From NCBI GenBank assembly GCA_027077805.1, contig JALWTS010000041.1, forward strand, positions 932 to 64,931: a stretch of 64,000 nt of DNA, written 5' to 3'. Made by a program: the position numbers and the translations under genes. This document shows, piece after piece, positions 40,855-51,350 of this stretch (its first letter is position 1; each line of letters starts with the position of its first letter). Under the pieces are notes generated by a model. That model searched no databases and was not told where the DNA came from. It worked only from the letters and a program-made list of their open reading frames with translations. The DNA is from Gammaproteobacteria bacterium. Its GTDB lineage: Bacteria > Pseudomonadota > Gammaproteobacteria > JABHGC01.

Positions 40855-41389
40855 TATCCTTAACCATCATTCGCTGACCATACCATTTTTTAATCAATCT
40901 TATCCGTCGTTTGATTTGCAATTTCCAATAAATTAAACGTCGTTTTGTTATGATGTAAAACCTTGATGACTTTACCCAATCGACCCCCTTAATTAAATAA
41001 CCATACACAAAGGCTACAATTACAAAGGTTAATAAACGATGTTTACCTTTTGTCCATAACCAAATCACAATAGGACTACCCATACCTTTTGCCGAAATAA
41101 AAACCAGCATAGCAATGGCGTATTGTTCTTGTAAAAATAACACCGTTGCTTTAATACTAAGCAATTTAATCGACAAATACACGGGTATAAATAAACATGC
41201 AATGATCCAACGATTTTGGGCTTTAATCCAAGTTTCAATTTTTTGTGGCAAACGAATTTTATCCACCACCCAAATTTTTACCACATGCCAAATTTCTTCT
41301 TCCACAAAGATAATAATAAAAGCAATCACTTTAAATGGGAATTTTAATATTTCTACTAATAACTTAAGCACCGCCCACTCCACTACCAT
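40847..41389 (-). CDS. Polytopic membrane protein, unknown function
   Basis: 180 aa with 3-4 hydrophobic helices and a basic C-terminus (KRRLIYWKLQIKRRIRLIKKWY). It is translationally coupled to the 280-aa gene. Confidence 0.6.
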   Translation of the reverse strand: MVVEWAVLKLLVEILKFPFKVIAFIIIFVEEEIWHVVKIWVVDKIRLPQKIETWIKAQNRWIIACLFIPVYLSIKLLSIKATVLFLQEQYAIAMLVFISAKGMGSPIVIWLWTKGKHRLLTFVIVAFVYGYLIKGVDWVKSSRFYIITKRRLIYWKLQIKRRIRLIKKWYGQRMMVKDNA

Positions 41390-41553
41390 CCTATTTTAAA
41401 TAATAGCCAAAAAACTTAAATATTAGGGTATCACTTTCAAATAATATGGCTATTATTAATATCGTGGTCAATATTAAAAACTGGCATGTTGAAAAAATGC
41501 CATATTGCACTTATTTACCTTAAACTAATGATTAGAACTTGAGGATATACAAA

Positions 41554-42183
41554 ATGTCAAATATTTCATCTTATTGTTTATTATGCTTATTCGTCATCAC
41601 TACCGCACCACAAGCCCATAATTTGCCCGCACCCATTGCTGATCATCACTACCTGGCATTTGGTCCTAATATGTCATCAGAGCGTCAACAGCGTTTTCGA
41701 AAATATAAAAATTCGTTGACACCCGATTCATCAAGAATGAGTGCCACTCAAAGTCAAAATCTGCAACAATTGCAACAAGATTTACTGGCGTTACAACAAG
41801 GGTCTCAAGTCACTTCGGAACAAAAACAAGCGTTAAAAAATTCCTTGTTGGTGTTAGCAGAAGGCACAACCAGACCAGACACAGCCTTGGTACAGCAATT
41901 AGCCACGGATCTCAGTACCGCTTTAACGGATCAAAGCCTTAGCAATCAAGAAAAATTACAACTTAGTAACGATCTGCAAGCAGTGATGAATAGTGCTAAC
42001 ATTCCAAAATATGAAGTGGAACAAGCGATTGAGGATGCCAAAGCAATTTTAACAGCATCAAATATCACCCAACAAGATGTACAAAAGATTGTGAATGATC
42101 TTAAAGCCATCGGTACCGAAGCCAAAAGTAATCTTCAGAATATGGACAGAAAACGCCCTTTTGAACGGATGCGATTTCGATAA
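41554..42183 (+). CDS. Secreted Gln/Leu-rich helical protein, unknown function
   Basis: It has a signal peptide (MSNISSYCLLCLFVITTAPQA). GAGGA lies 8 nt before ATG 41554, so the ORF-track TTG at 41539 falls inside the RBS. Confidence 0.6.
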   Translation: MSNISSYCLLCLFVITTAPQAHNLPAPIADHHYLAFGPNMSSERQQRFRKYKNSLTPDSSRMSATQSQNLQQLQQDLLALQQGSQVTSEQKQALKNSLLVLAEGTTRPDTALVQQLATDLSTALTDQSLSNQEKLQLSNDLQAVMNSANIPKYEVEQAIEDAKAILTASNITQQDVQKIVNDLKAIGTEAKSNLQNMDRKRPFERMRFR

Positions 42184-42219
42184 ATCGCATTTTCTTTAGG
42201 ATAATGACAGAATTGTTTA

Positions 42220-42538
42220 TCAAACAAGCGACAAAATTTTTTCATCCGTGCAATTAGCAATCAACAATTCTGTCAATTCGCCCCTTTTATTCGGGTTAGC
42301 GTTAATATTTCTTCTGGCTAATACTCGATTAATATTAAACTCACGATACAAGTCATCAAAAAAATTATCATCAGGGTTCTTCCCTTTGATACCTGAGTTA
42401 CTTAATATCCAATAGTAGCCCAATCTTTTTACAAAACTGAGCTAATCTTTTTTGTTCAGCATCATCAAAACCATTCTGAGCATAAGCATTAAAACTAGAA
42501 GTCTGATTAAGTGGTTTATAAGGTGGTTGACTCATAAA
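42220..42538 (-). pseudogene. Decayed D12-class (Dam-like) N6-adenine DNA methyltransferase: C-terminal third only, with a frameshift
   Basis: Frame A (42535-42398) reads [37 protein letters not shown]. Frame B (42423-42220) reads GYYWILSNS...LYREFNINRVLARRNINANPNKRGELTELLIAN. Together they match the Dam region from motif IV (DPPY) to the C-terminus. A stop lies directly upstream, and the N-terminal two thirds are absent. Confidence 0.8.
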
Positions 42539-42562
42539 TTACTTTAGTCATAAACTGAAAAA

Positions 42563-44194
42563 TTATCGATTGATAGAACGATAGTAAGACTTATAATAAT
42601 CGATCAAGCCATTAGTAGAACTATCATGATTTTCGCTTACTTCCGTCTGACTTAACTCGGGTAAAATTTTGCTGGCCAACTGTTTACCTAATTCAACGCC
42701 CCATTGATCAAACGAATTAATTTGCCAAATTACCCCTTGCACAAAGATTTTGTGTTCATATAATGCAATTAAACTGCCTAAAGTTTTTGGTGTGATTTTT
42801 TCCAACATTAAGGTATTACTCGGTCGATTACCTGAAAATACTCGATAAGGCAATACTGATTCATCAATGCCTTGTTGTCTAAGTTCTGCCTCAGTGCGTC
42901 CTAACATTAATGCTTCGGTTTGAGCAAAACAATTAGCCACTAAAATATTATGGTGTTCACCGATATTAAAATGGCTTTTTATGGGGAGAATAAAATCCGC
43001 AGGAATTAAATGCGTCCCCTGATGAATCAGTTGGTAAAACGCATGTTGTCCATTCGTTCCTGATTGTCCCCAAATAATAGGCCCAGTGCTATAATCAACA
43101 GTTTTTCCCTGATTATTCACTGATTTGCCATTGCTTTCCATATCGGCTTGTTGTAAATAAGAAGGTAATTGAGAAAGTAATTGATCATAAGGCAAAATCG
43201 CATGGCTTTCGGCTTGAAAAAAATTATGATACCAAATCCCTAATAATGCCAAAATCACTGGCATATTTTTTTCAAAATCCGCAGTACGAAAATGCTCATC
43301 CATTTGATGCCCCCCTTGTAGCATTGCCTGAAAATTATCCATACCAATCGCTAAAGCAATCGATAAACCGATGGCTGACCATAAAGAATAACGTCCCCCA
43401 ACCCAATCCCAAAATTCAAACATATTAGCCACATCAATGCCAAATGCTTTGACGGCCACTGCATTAGTAGAAATGGCAACAAAATGCGATGCCACGGCTT
43501 TTTTATCCTGATAATGATCTAATAGCCATTTTCTAGCAGTATGGGCATTAGTTAAAGTTTCTTGGGTAGTAAAGGTTTTGGAGGCGACTAAAAATAAACA
43601 CGTTTCAGGATTGATTTTATTTAATACGCTTTGAATATCCGCACCATCAATGTTAGAGACAAAATGAAAATTTAAATCCTTAGTTTGATAGGGCTGTAAT
43701 GCTTGCACCACCATTTTTGGCCCTAAATCAGAACCACCAATGCCAATATTGATCACATCAGTAACACGTTGACCACCATAGCCTTTCCACAAGCCATTAC
43801 GCACTACTGACACAAATTCACGCATATGAGACAACACACTGCGAACTTTAGGCATAATATCAATACCATCCACATAAATTGCTTGTTGTGATTGATTGCG
43901 TAAAGCAATATGCAAGACTGAGCGGTTTTCGGTGTAATTAATCGCCTGACCTGAAAACATCGCATTAATTTTTGCGGATAACTCAGATTCATAAGCCAAT
44001 TGGTATAACAATTGCATTGTTTCTTGAGTAATACGATTTTTAGAATAATCCAGCAACAACGCATTGCCTTCTAATGAAAAATTTTGAAAACGATTGGGAT
44101 TTTGAGCAAATAAATCTCGCATTGTTAATAAGGTTATTTTAGAATAATGCTGTTGCAATGCTTGCCAAGCGGGTAATTGTAATAGTTCCGACAT
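42563..44194 (-). CDS. pgi: Glucose-6-phosphate isomerase
   Basis: 543 aa with [30 protein letters not shown] and MESNGK. Confidence 0.97.
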   Translation of the reverse strand: MSELLQLPAWQALQQHYSKITLLTMRDLFAQNPNRFQNFSLEGNALLLDYSKNRITQETMQLLYQLAYESELSAKINAMFSGQAINYTENRSVLHIALRNQSQQAIYVDGIDIMPKVRSVLSHMREFVSVVRNGLWKGYGGQRVTDVINIGIGGSDLGPKMVVQALQPYQTKDLNFHFVSNIDGADIQSVLNKINPETCLFLVASKTFTTQETLTNAHTARKWLLDHYQDKKAVASHFVAISTNAVAVKAFGIDVANMFEFWDWVGGRYSLWSAIGLSIALAIGMDNFQAMLQGGHQMDEHFRTADFEKNMPVILALLGIWYHNFFQAESHAILPYDQLLSQLPSYLQQADMESNGKSVNNQGKTVDYSTGPIIWGQSGTNGQHAFYQLIHQGTHLIPADFILPIKSHFNIGEHHNILVANCFAQTEALMLGRTEAELRQQGIDESVLPYRVFSGNRPSNTLMLEKITPKTLGSLIALYEHKIFVQGVIWQINSFDQWGVELGKQLASKILPELSQTEVSENHDSSTNGLIDYYKSYYRSINR

Positions 44195-44240
44195 GTATTG
44201 TTCCTATGCTAGTTGTCAGTTGTCATTGTGAGAAAGAAAA

Positions 44241-45680
44241 ATGAAAATTTTATTTGTAACCAGTGAAGTTTATCCTTTAATTAAAACAGGGGGACTGGCG
44301 GATGTCAGTTATAGTTTACCAAAAGCCCTTAAAAAATTGCATCAAGATATTCGGCTGGTACTCCCTGCCTATGCCAGTGTTTTAGAACGACTCAAAACCA
44401 TTGAAACAATCGCAACAGTTGAGGTAACCGCTTATTCTAAGCCTGTTCACATCTTACGATCAAAATTAGAAGGTATGCCTATTTATTTAATTGAGGCAAC
44501 TGACTATTTCCAACGCCCAGGTCATCCATATATTCACCCCCAAGGGCATGATTGGCCAGATAATGCCCAACGCTTTGCCACTTTTTGCCGTGCGGTCATT
44601 AAACTAGGGCAAGATCCGCTTAATCTTAACTGGCAACCCGATATTGTGCATTGTAATGACTGGCAAACTGGCTTAATACCTGCCTTATTATCCCAACAAG
44701 CCCAACGCCCTGCCACTTTATTTACCATTCATAATTTAGCCTATCAAGGATTATTTCCTTATCATCAATTTTATGAACTGCAACTGCCCAATGAATTATG
44801 GTCAATGCATGGCTTGGAATTTTATGGCCAAATGTCCTTTATTAAAGGGGGCTTATATTTTGCCGATCATATGACAACCGTCAGCCCTAGTTATGCCAGA
44901 GAAATTAAAACCAATGAATTTGCCTATGGTTTAGAAGGTTTATTAAAAACTCGCTCACCACAATTAACAGGCATTTTAAATGGCATTGATACCCAAGTCT
45001 GGAATCCAAAAACAGATAGTTACATTAACAAAAATTATGATGAAAAACGTCTTCATAAAAAAACCAATAAACAACAATTACAACAAAAAATGCAGCTTCC
45101 TGTTGAACCCAATACGCTATTATTTGCCTATATTGGACGTTTAGTCGCACAAAAAGGCGTGGATTTAATTCTTAATAGTTTGGAACAATTAATGGCTTAT
45201 CCAATCCAATTCGTCATTTTAGGTAGTGGTGAAGCTGAGTTAGAACAACAATTAACGCAAGCCCAACAAAGCTATCCGCAACAAATGGCGATTCACCTTG
45301 CTTATGACGAAGCCTTATCGCATCAAATTGAAGCCAGTGCGGATGTGTTTCTTATGCCTTCTCGTTATGAACCTTGTGGTTTAAATCAACTGTATAGTTT
45401 ACGTTATGGTACAATACCGATTGTTAGAAGAACAGGGGGTTTAATGGATACTGTTGTTGAAGCGACGACTAGAAATATTATACAACACAAAGCCACAGGC
45501 TTTCTATTTGACGAGGCTAATGTTATGGATTTTACGCATGCCTGCTTACAAGCCATTGATTATTATTATCATAAACCTAAAATTTGGCGTCAACTGATTC
45601 GCACGGCCATGCAAGAAGATTTTAGCTGGCAAATTAGTGCCAAAGAATATTTACAGCTTTACCAAAGCATTAAAAAATGA
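44241..45680 (+). CDS. glgA: Glycogen synthase (ADP-glucose type)
   Basis: 479 aa with MKILFVTSEVYPLIKTGGLADV, HCNDWQTGL and PSRYEPCGLNQLY. Confidence 0.95.
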   Translation: MKILFVTSEVYPLIKTGGLADVSYSLPKALKKLHQDIRLVLPAYASVLERLKTIETIATVEVTAYSKPVHILRSKLEGMPIYLIEATDYFQRPGHPYIHPQGHDWPDNAQRFATFCRAVIKLGQDPLNLNWQPDIVHCNDWQTGLIPALLSQQAQRPATLFTIHNLAYQGLFPYHQFYELQLPNELWSMHGLEFYGQMSFIKGGLYFADHMTTVSPSYAREIKTNEFAYGLEGLLKTRSPQLTGILNGIDTQVWNPKTDSYINKNYDEKRLHKKTNKQQLQQKMQLPVEPNTLLFAYIGRLVAQKGVDLILNSLEQLMAYPIQFVILGSGEAELEQQLTQAQQSYPQQMAIHLAYDEALSHQIEASADVFLMPSRYEPCGLNQLYSLRYGTIPIVRRTGGLMDTVVEATTRNIIQHKATGFLFDEANVMDFTHACLQAIDYYYHKPKIWRQLIRTAMQEDFSWQISAKEYLQLYQSIKK

Positions 45681-45727
45681 GTTATAATGACAACAGTTTA
45701 AACTAAAACTAAAACTAGGATGATTTA

Positions 45728-48553
45728 ATGGTAATTGCTACCCAAAAAACCCATACTCCCCCTGCCAAACCCAAATGCCAAGATAAAGAATTGCGTGAAA
45801 AGGTAAAATTTCTGGGTGCGTTATTAGGCGATGTTTTAAAAACCAAAGCAGGAGAAGCAGTTTTCCAAGCAGTTGAAACCTTAAGAACAGGTTATATTGA
45901 ATTACGCAAACAAGAAGATCAACAAAAACGTTTACAATTAATGGCGTATATCAGTCAACTGCCCACTGAAATATTAAATCCTGTGATTCGAGCATTCAGT
46001 ATTTATTTTCGTTTAACGAATATTGCCGATGAACTATTTCAACATCAAGCACGACGACGTTTAGTGCGATCTGGTAAAATGTTATGGGAAGGGTCATTTT
46101 ATCATACCTTTACTAATTTTGCTGAAGATGGTATTACCCCTGAAGATTTACAAAAAATTTTCCCTCATTTACTCTATATCCCCGTTTTTACAGCACATCC
46201 CACGGAAGCGAAGCGTCGCACTATTATGAATCATTTACGTCATATTTTCCTTTTAAGTGAACAATATGATAATCCCAACCTAAATCAAGCGGAACGGGAT
46301 AAAATCGCCGTACAAATTCAAAATCGCATTCAAATTTTATGGATGACAGATGAAGTACGAACCGATAAACCACAAGTTAAAGATGAAATTAAATATGGTT
46401 TATTTTATTTTAAAGAATGCTTATTCGATGCCATTCCTATTGTTTACCACTATTTAGAAAAAGGCTTAAATCGAGTTTATGGCGAGAATCATGGCATTAC
46501 AGTACCCAGTTTTTTACAATTTGGCTCTTGGATTGGAGGGGATAGAGATGGGAATCCATTTGTTACGGCAGATGTTACTGAAACCGCGGTGCAACTCCAA
46601 GCCCAAATGGTATTACAAGAATATATTCAACAAATCACCACTTTATCGCAAATATTAACCCACTCCGATCATTTATGCCAACCTTCGGAAGCATTTCTGC
46701 GAAGTTTGCAACGAGATGAACACTATTGCCAGAAAATTTTTTGCGATAATAAACAAAGATTTCTCCATGAGCCTTATCGTAAAAAACTGTATATTATGCG
46801 TTATCGCTTACAGCTTAATCTTAACTACATTGAAGCCTTATTAAATCAACAAAAAACTGATACTCCCTTAGGTTATCATAACGAAACGGAATTTTTACAG
46901 GATTTATACGCTATTCAACATTCCTTGATTCGTCATGGCGATGACATTTCAGCACAATCAGAACTACAAAATTTAATTCGATTAGCAGAAACCCTAGGGT
47001 TCTTTTTAGTGCATTTAGATATTCGTCAGGAATCCACCCAACACACCTTAGCCATTACTGAAATCTTAAAAAGTCATCACCTTCATGCTAACTATGCGAC
47101 ACTCAGTGAATCTGAGAAACTTGATTTATTAAGTCAACAGATTAGTCATACCCAAATTGATATTGATTTAAGCAGTTATAGCAAAGAAACCGCAGAAATA
47201 TTACAAGTTTTTATTAGCATGGTAAAAATGCGTCAAGCCATTAGCCCCAAAGTATTTGGTCATTATATTATCTCTATGACCCATACGGCTAGTCATGTTT
47301 TAGAAGTGATGTTTCTTGCCAGTTTAGTTGGCCTAGTTGGCAAAAAAGATGATCAATGGTATTGCCATCTTGGGGTTACCCCTTTATTTGAAACCATAGA
47401 GGATTTATCCCATACCGAAGAAGTATTAAGCCTATTGTTTAATAATCGCTGTTACCAATCTTTATTAAATGCGTCTGATAAAAAATTACAAGAAGTAATG
47501 TTAGGTTATTCCGATTCTTGTAAAGACGGTGGGATTTTAGCCTCAAGCTGGAGTTTATATGAAGCACAACAAAAAATCATTGCCTTAGCCCAAAGCCACC
47601 AAATCGAATGTCGCTTGTTTCATGGTCGGGGTGGTACGATTGGTCGAGGTGGTGGGCCTACCCATCGGGCAATTTTAGCGCAACCTATGGGTACCGTGCA
47701 TGGGCAAATTAAATTTACTGAGCAAGGTGAAGTATTATCCTATCGCTATAGTAATACTGAAACCGCCGTCTCAGAACTTGCCATGGGCATGACAGGATTA
47801 TTAAAAGCCAGTCGGTTTTTAATTCAAACTGTCCCTAAAGACAATCCAGAACACAGCACTATTATGCAGGAAATTGCCCGATTAGGGGAACAAAGTTATC
47901 GACAATTAACCGATCACACCCCTAAATTTATCGATTATTTTTATGAAGTTACCCCAATTAATGAAATTGGTCAATTAAATATTGGTTCCAGACCTTCTCA
48001 TCGTAAAAAAACCGACCGTTCCAAACGTTCGGTGCGAGCCATTGGCTGGGTGTTTGCTTGGGCACAAGCAAGACATACCTTACCAGCATGGTATGGCATA
48101 GGATTTGCGTTAGAACAATGGCAACAACAACACAGTGATGCTTTAAAAAAACTGCAACAAATGTATCAACAATGGCCATTTTTTCGGGCATTACTGAGTA
48201 ATGCACAAATGGCATTATTCAAAGCGAATAAAATGACGGCTAAAGAATATTCACAATTAGCTCAAGATAAAGCAAGTGCTCATTATATTTACCAAAATAT
48301 CCGTCAAGAATATGAACGCACAAGACAACAAATTCTTGCCATCACCCAAATGGATAACTTACTTGAAGATGATATTCAGTTAGAACGTTCACTAAAACGT
48401 CGTGAACCTTATTTGGACCCATTAAATCATATTCAGATTCAATTGCTCAATAATTACCGTCATGCAAGGACAGAAGAACAAAAGAATAAATGCTTGACAC
48501 CTTTATTGCACAGTATTAATGCAATTTCAGCAGGTATGCGTAATACGGGATAA
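45728..48553 (+). CDS. ppc: Phosphoenolpyruvate carboxylase
   Basis: 941 aa with VFTAHPTE, GYSDSCKDGG, FHGRGGTIGRGGGP and the C-terminal GMRNTG. Confidence 0.97.
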   Translation: MVIATQKTHTPPAKPKCQDKELREKVKFLGALLGDVLKTKAGEAVFQAVETLRTGYIELRKQEDQQKRLQLMAYISQLPTEILNPVIRAFSIYFRLTNIADELFQHQARRRLVRSGKMLWEGSFYHTFTNFAEDGITPEDLQKIFPHLLYIPVFTAHPTEAKRRTIMNHLRHIFLLSEQYDNPNLNQAERDKIAVQIQNRIQILWMTDEVRTDKPQVKDEIKYGLFYFKECLFDAIPIVYHYLEKGLNRVYGENHGITVPSFLQFGSWIGGDRDGNPFVTADVTETAVQLQAQMVLQEYIQQITTLSQILTHSDHLCQPSEAFLRSLQRDEHYCQKIFCDNKQRFLHEPYRKKLYIMRYRLQLNLNYIEALLNQQKTDTPLGYHNETEFLQDLYAIQHSLIRHGDDISAQSELQNLIRLAETLGFFLVHLDIRQESTQHTLAITEILKSHHLHANYATLSESEKLDLLSQQISHTQIDIDLSSYSKETAEILQVFISMVKMRQAISPKVFGHYIISMTHTASHVLEVMFLASLVGLVGKKDDQWYCHLGVTPLFETIEDLSHTEEVLSLLFNNRCYQSLLNASDKKLQEVMLGYSDSCKDGGILASSWSLYEAQQKIIALAQSHQIECRLFHGRGGTIGRGGGPTHRAILAQPMGTVHGQIKFTEQGEVLSYRYSNTETAVSELAMGMTGLLKASRFLIQTVPKDNPEHSTIMQEIARLGEQSYRQLTDHTPKFIDYFYEVTPINEIGQLNIGSRPSHRKKTDRSKRSVRAIGWVFAWAQARHTLPAWYGIGFALEQWQQQHSDALKKLQQMYQQWPFFRALLSNAQMALFKANKMTAKEYSQLAQDKASAHYIYQNIRQEYERTRQQILAITQMDNLLEDDIQLERSLKRREPYLDPLNHIQIQLLNNYRHARTEEQKNKCLTPLLHSINAISAGMRNTG

Positions 48554-48563
48554 TCCATTTTCA

Positions 48564-48585
48564 TTCCCACGTAGAAGCGTGGGAA
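48564..48585. terminator. 8-bp GC-rich hairpin between convergent ppc and the dsrE-like gene
   Basis: TTCCCACG-TAGAAG-CGTGGGAA. There is no clean U-tract on either strand, so it may be a bidirectional terminator or an RNA stabiliser. Confidence 0.4.
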
Positions 48586-48609
48586 CGAGATTAAAATTTA
48601 ATTTGGCAA

Positions 48610-49128
48610 TTAAATAAATAATGATTGCGTGCTTTCACTATCATTCGATTTCTCAAAATAAGTCGCTGCCCCAACAAATTCCATACCTTCAATAAAATCG
48701 CTTTGGCTATAACCAAATAATTCCACAGTCATTTGACATGCTAAAAATTCTACTTCAGCTTCTTGACAAAGTTCACGCAGTTCTTCCAACGGTGCAACGC
48801 CATTATTACTAATGGTTTTTTTCATCATTGTGGTCGCAAAATTGTCAATCCAAGGGAGTTGCCAAACAACATTAGGAACCTTAGGCCCGAAATCAATATT
48901 TCTTAACCACTTCGGTCCCATTGGCATTTTCATTGGCATGGCAGGATTACCAATTGGGGTAACTTTTAAACTACTTAAATCCTTTAACACTAAACCTAAA
49001 CCATAAAAAGTAAAAAAGATTGATACTTCTTTACCTAAGGCGGCCGCTGTACTTGCTAAAATAAAGGGAGGATAGGCCCAGTCTAAAGTACCTTTGGTTG
49101 CAATAATTGTTAATTTTTCACAGCTCAT
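48610..49128 (-). CDS. DsrE/DsrF/DrsH-like sulfur-relay family protein
   Basis: 172 aa starting KLTIIATKGTLDWAYPPFILASTAAALG, with a conserved Cys in FLACQMT. The RBS AGAGGAA precedes the ATG. Confidence 0.72.
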   Translation of the reverse strand: MSCEKLTIIATKGTLDWAYPPFILASTAAALGKEVSIFFTFYGLGLVLKDLSSLKVTPIGNPAMPMKMPMGPKWLRNIDFGPKVPNVVWQLPWIDNFATTMMKKTISNNGVAPLEELRELCQEAEVEFLACQMTVELFGYSQSDFIEGMEFVGAATYFEKSNDSESTQSLFI

Positions 49129-49410
49129 CGAATAATTCCTCTTAAAATAATTGTATGATTGACCCAGTTAGTTTTTCCAAACTATCGTACAAATTATGCC
49201 TTGTTACTCAAAAAAAATCTTCTATATTTAATATTTAATAATATTAGCAATGGCAAATATTTTATTGATACCCAGTTAAAAAATTTTTATAACGATAATC
49301 ATAAAAATTCGATAAAACATACGTTTATCAAAAAATAAATTAAAACAGCTTTAAAAAAAATACCGTAATTCTTGTGGGGGATTTGGCAAAAAAAATCTTG
49401 ACTGAACAGT

Positions 49411-49440
49411 AAAAAAAAGGGCAAGCACTGCCCTTTTTCT
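49411..49440 (-). terminator. Rho-independent terminator downstream of tusA
   Basis: The minus strand reads AAAAAGGGCA-GTGCT-TGCCCTTTTTTTT, about 20 nt after the tusA stop. Confidence 0.8.
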
Positions 49441-49460
49441 TAGGTTTTGTAGAGGAATCA

Positions 49461-49691
49461 TCAGGCTTTTTGAATAAGAAAATGGTATTTACCACCTTCT
49501 TCATTCGATTCTAATAAGCTATTTCCTGTTTGTTTTGCAAATGCTTCAAAATCCTTTACTGAACCAGGATCAGTTGCAATAATATGCAATACTTTACCAC
49601 TGTCCATGCCACCCAAGGCCTTTTTAGCTCTTAAAATAGGTAAAGGACAATTCAAACCACTTGCATCTAATTCTTGATCAAAATCTGCCAT
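49461..49691 (-). CDS. tusA: TusA-family sulfurtransferase
   Basis: 76 aa with the active-site motif LDASGLNCPLPILRAKKAL. Confidence 0.9.
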   Translation of the reverse strand: MADFDQELDASGLNCPLPILRAKKALGGMDSGKVLHIIATDPGSVKDFEAFAKQTGNSLLESNEEGGKYHFLIQKA

Positions 49692-49928
49692 ATCAAGGCT
49701 CCCTTAAATTAATAAAACAAAACTTTTTCAAGTTTAGCAAAAATATTATCGTTATCAACTAAAGCGTAAATATCGCTTTGCCATAGCAAGGCAGAATGAT
49801 AGATGAAAAGTTGGCAAGCGTCAAGTTATTGCCATTTTGAGACAAAATATTTGATCTTAGTTATTTTTATCAATGAATTTTTTGGCTAAAATTATTATTA
49901 TCATCTTTACAATATGGAATCATAATAT

Positions 49929-51341
49929 ATGGAATTTTTCCCTATTTTTATAAATCTTAAGGATAAGCCTTGCTTAGTCATTGGGGGGGGTGAAATTGCT
50001 AGTCGTAAAGTTGATTTGCTATTAAAAGCACACGCTAAAATCACCCTAGTATCCCCCAAATTAAATCATTATTTACAAGCATTGCTTGATAAGCATCGCA
50101 TTGACTATATCGCCCAAGCCTTCAAACCGGAACACATTAACCAACAACGCTTAATTGTAGTAGCGACTAACGATGCTGATATTAATCAAACGGTGTCAGA
50201 ACTCGCCCAACAACAAAATATTCCTGTGAATGTGGTAGATAATCCTAAATTATGCAGTTTTATTATGCCTTCAATAATACAGCGAGAACCTGTCGTTATC
50301 GCTATATCAACAGGGGGTAACTCCCCCGTATTAGCACGTTTAATTCGAGGCAAATTAGAAGCCTTAATTCCAGCAAGCTATGGCGAACTGGCAAAACTTG
50401 CCACTCGATTTAGACATAAAGTGAAACAAAGCATTGCCAAAAACCAACGTCGGTCCTTTTGGGAAAAAATTTTGCAAGGACCGATGGCAGAATTAGTATT
50501 TAACGGTCAAATTCAACAAGCAGAACAACGAGTGGAACAATTATTACAAAATCCTGAACAAAACTCTGATGTGGGTGAAGTGTACTTAGTTGGGGGTGGC
50601 CCAGGTGATCCTGAGCTATTAACCCTAAAAGCCTTACGATTAATGCAACAAGCGGATATTATTGTTTATGATCGATTAGTATCACCTGAAGTATTAGAAC
50701 TCACCCGCCGTGATGCAGAACGTATTTATGTGGGCAAAGCACGCAATAATCACACGATGGATCAAGAAAATATCAATCAACTTTTGGTTAGACTAGCCCA
50801 AGAAGGGAAACGAGTATTACGCTTAAAAGGGGGCGATCCCTTTATTTTTGGCCGTGGTGGCGAAGAAATTGATTTACTGGCAAAAGAAAAGATTCCCTTT
50901 CAAGTCGTACCAGGAATCACTGCGGCATCGGGTTGTTCCGCTTATGCAGGCATTCCATTAACCCATAGAGATTACGCCCAATCTTGCCTATTTGTCACAG
51001 GTCATCGTAAAGATGGTAGTATCGACTTAAACTGGAAAACATTAGCACAACCCAATCAAACGGTAGTCTTTTATATGGGACTGCTTGGTGTTGAAATTAT
51101 TTGTCAAAAATTAGTGGAATATGGCATGCGTCCAAGCACGCCGATTGCCTTAATCCAACAAGGGACCACCCAATCCCAAAAAGTCTTAAGTTCCACTTTA
51201 GAAAACTTATCTGACATGGTCAAACAAGTCCAACCCAAACCTCCAACCTTAATTATTGTGGGTGAAGTGGTGAAATTACAACCACAACTTACTTGGTTTG
51301 AATCGAAACTGTCTCATTCTCATTCCAATCCGCTTAATTAG
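49929..51341 (+). CDS. cysG: Siroheme synthase (precorrin-2 dehydrogenase/ferrochelatase plus uroporphyrinogen-III methyltransferase)
   Basis: 470 aa with an N-terminal Rossmann motif VIGGGEIASRK and the C-terminal SUMT motifs VGGGPGDPELLT and LKGGDPFIFGRGGEE. Confidence 0.95.
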   Translation: MEFFPIFINLKDKPCLVIGGGEIASRKVDLLLKAHAKITLVSPKLNHYLQALLDKHRIDYIAQAFKPEHINQQRLIVVATNDADINQTVSELAQQQNIPVNVVDNPKLCSFIMPSIIQREPVVIAISTGGNSPVLARLIRGKLEALIPASYGELAKLATRFRHKVKQSIAKNQRRSFWEKILQGPMAELVFNGQIQQAEQRVEQLLQNPEQNSDVGEVYLVGGGPGDPELLTLKALRLMQQADIIVYDRLVSPEVLELTRRDAERIYVGKARNNHTMDQENINQLLVRLAQEGKRVLRLKGGDPFIFGRGGEEIDLLAKEKIPFQVVPGITAASGCSAYAGIPLTHRDYAQSCLFVTGHRKDGSIDLNWKTLAQPNQTVVFYMGLLGVEIICQKLVEYGMRPSTPIALIQQGTTQSQKVLSSTLENLSDMVKQVQPKPPTLIIVGEVVKLQPQLTWFESKLSHSHSNPLN

Positions 51342-51350
51342 GAGATTATC

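Noticed and set aside
49383-49402. Sigma-54-like TGGCA...TTG string (TGGCAAAAAAAATCTTGA)
   Set aside because: The GG-to-GC spacing does not fit TGGCAC-N5-TTGC. It also lies on the plus strand pointing into the 3' end of tusA, so it has no gene to drive.
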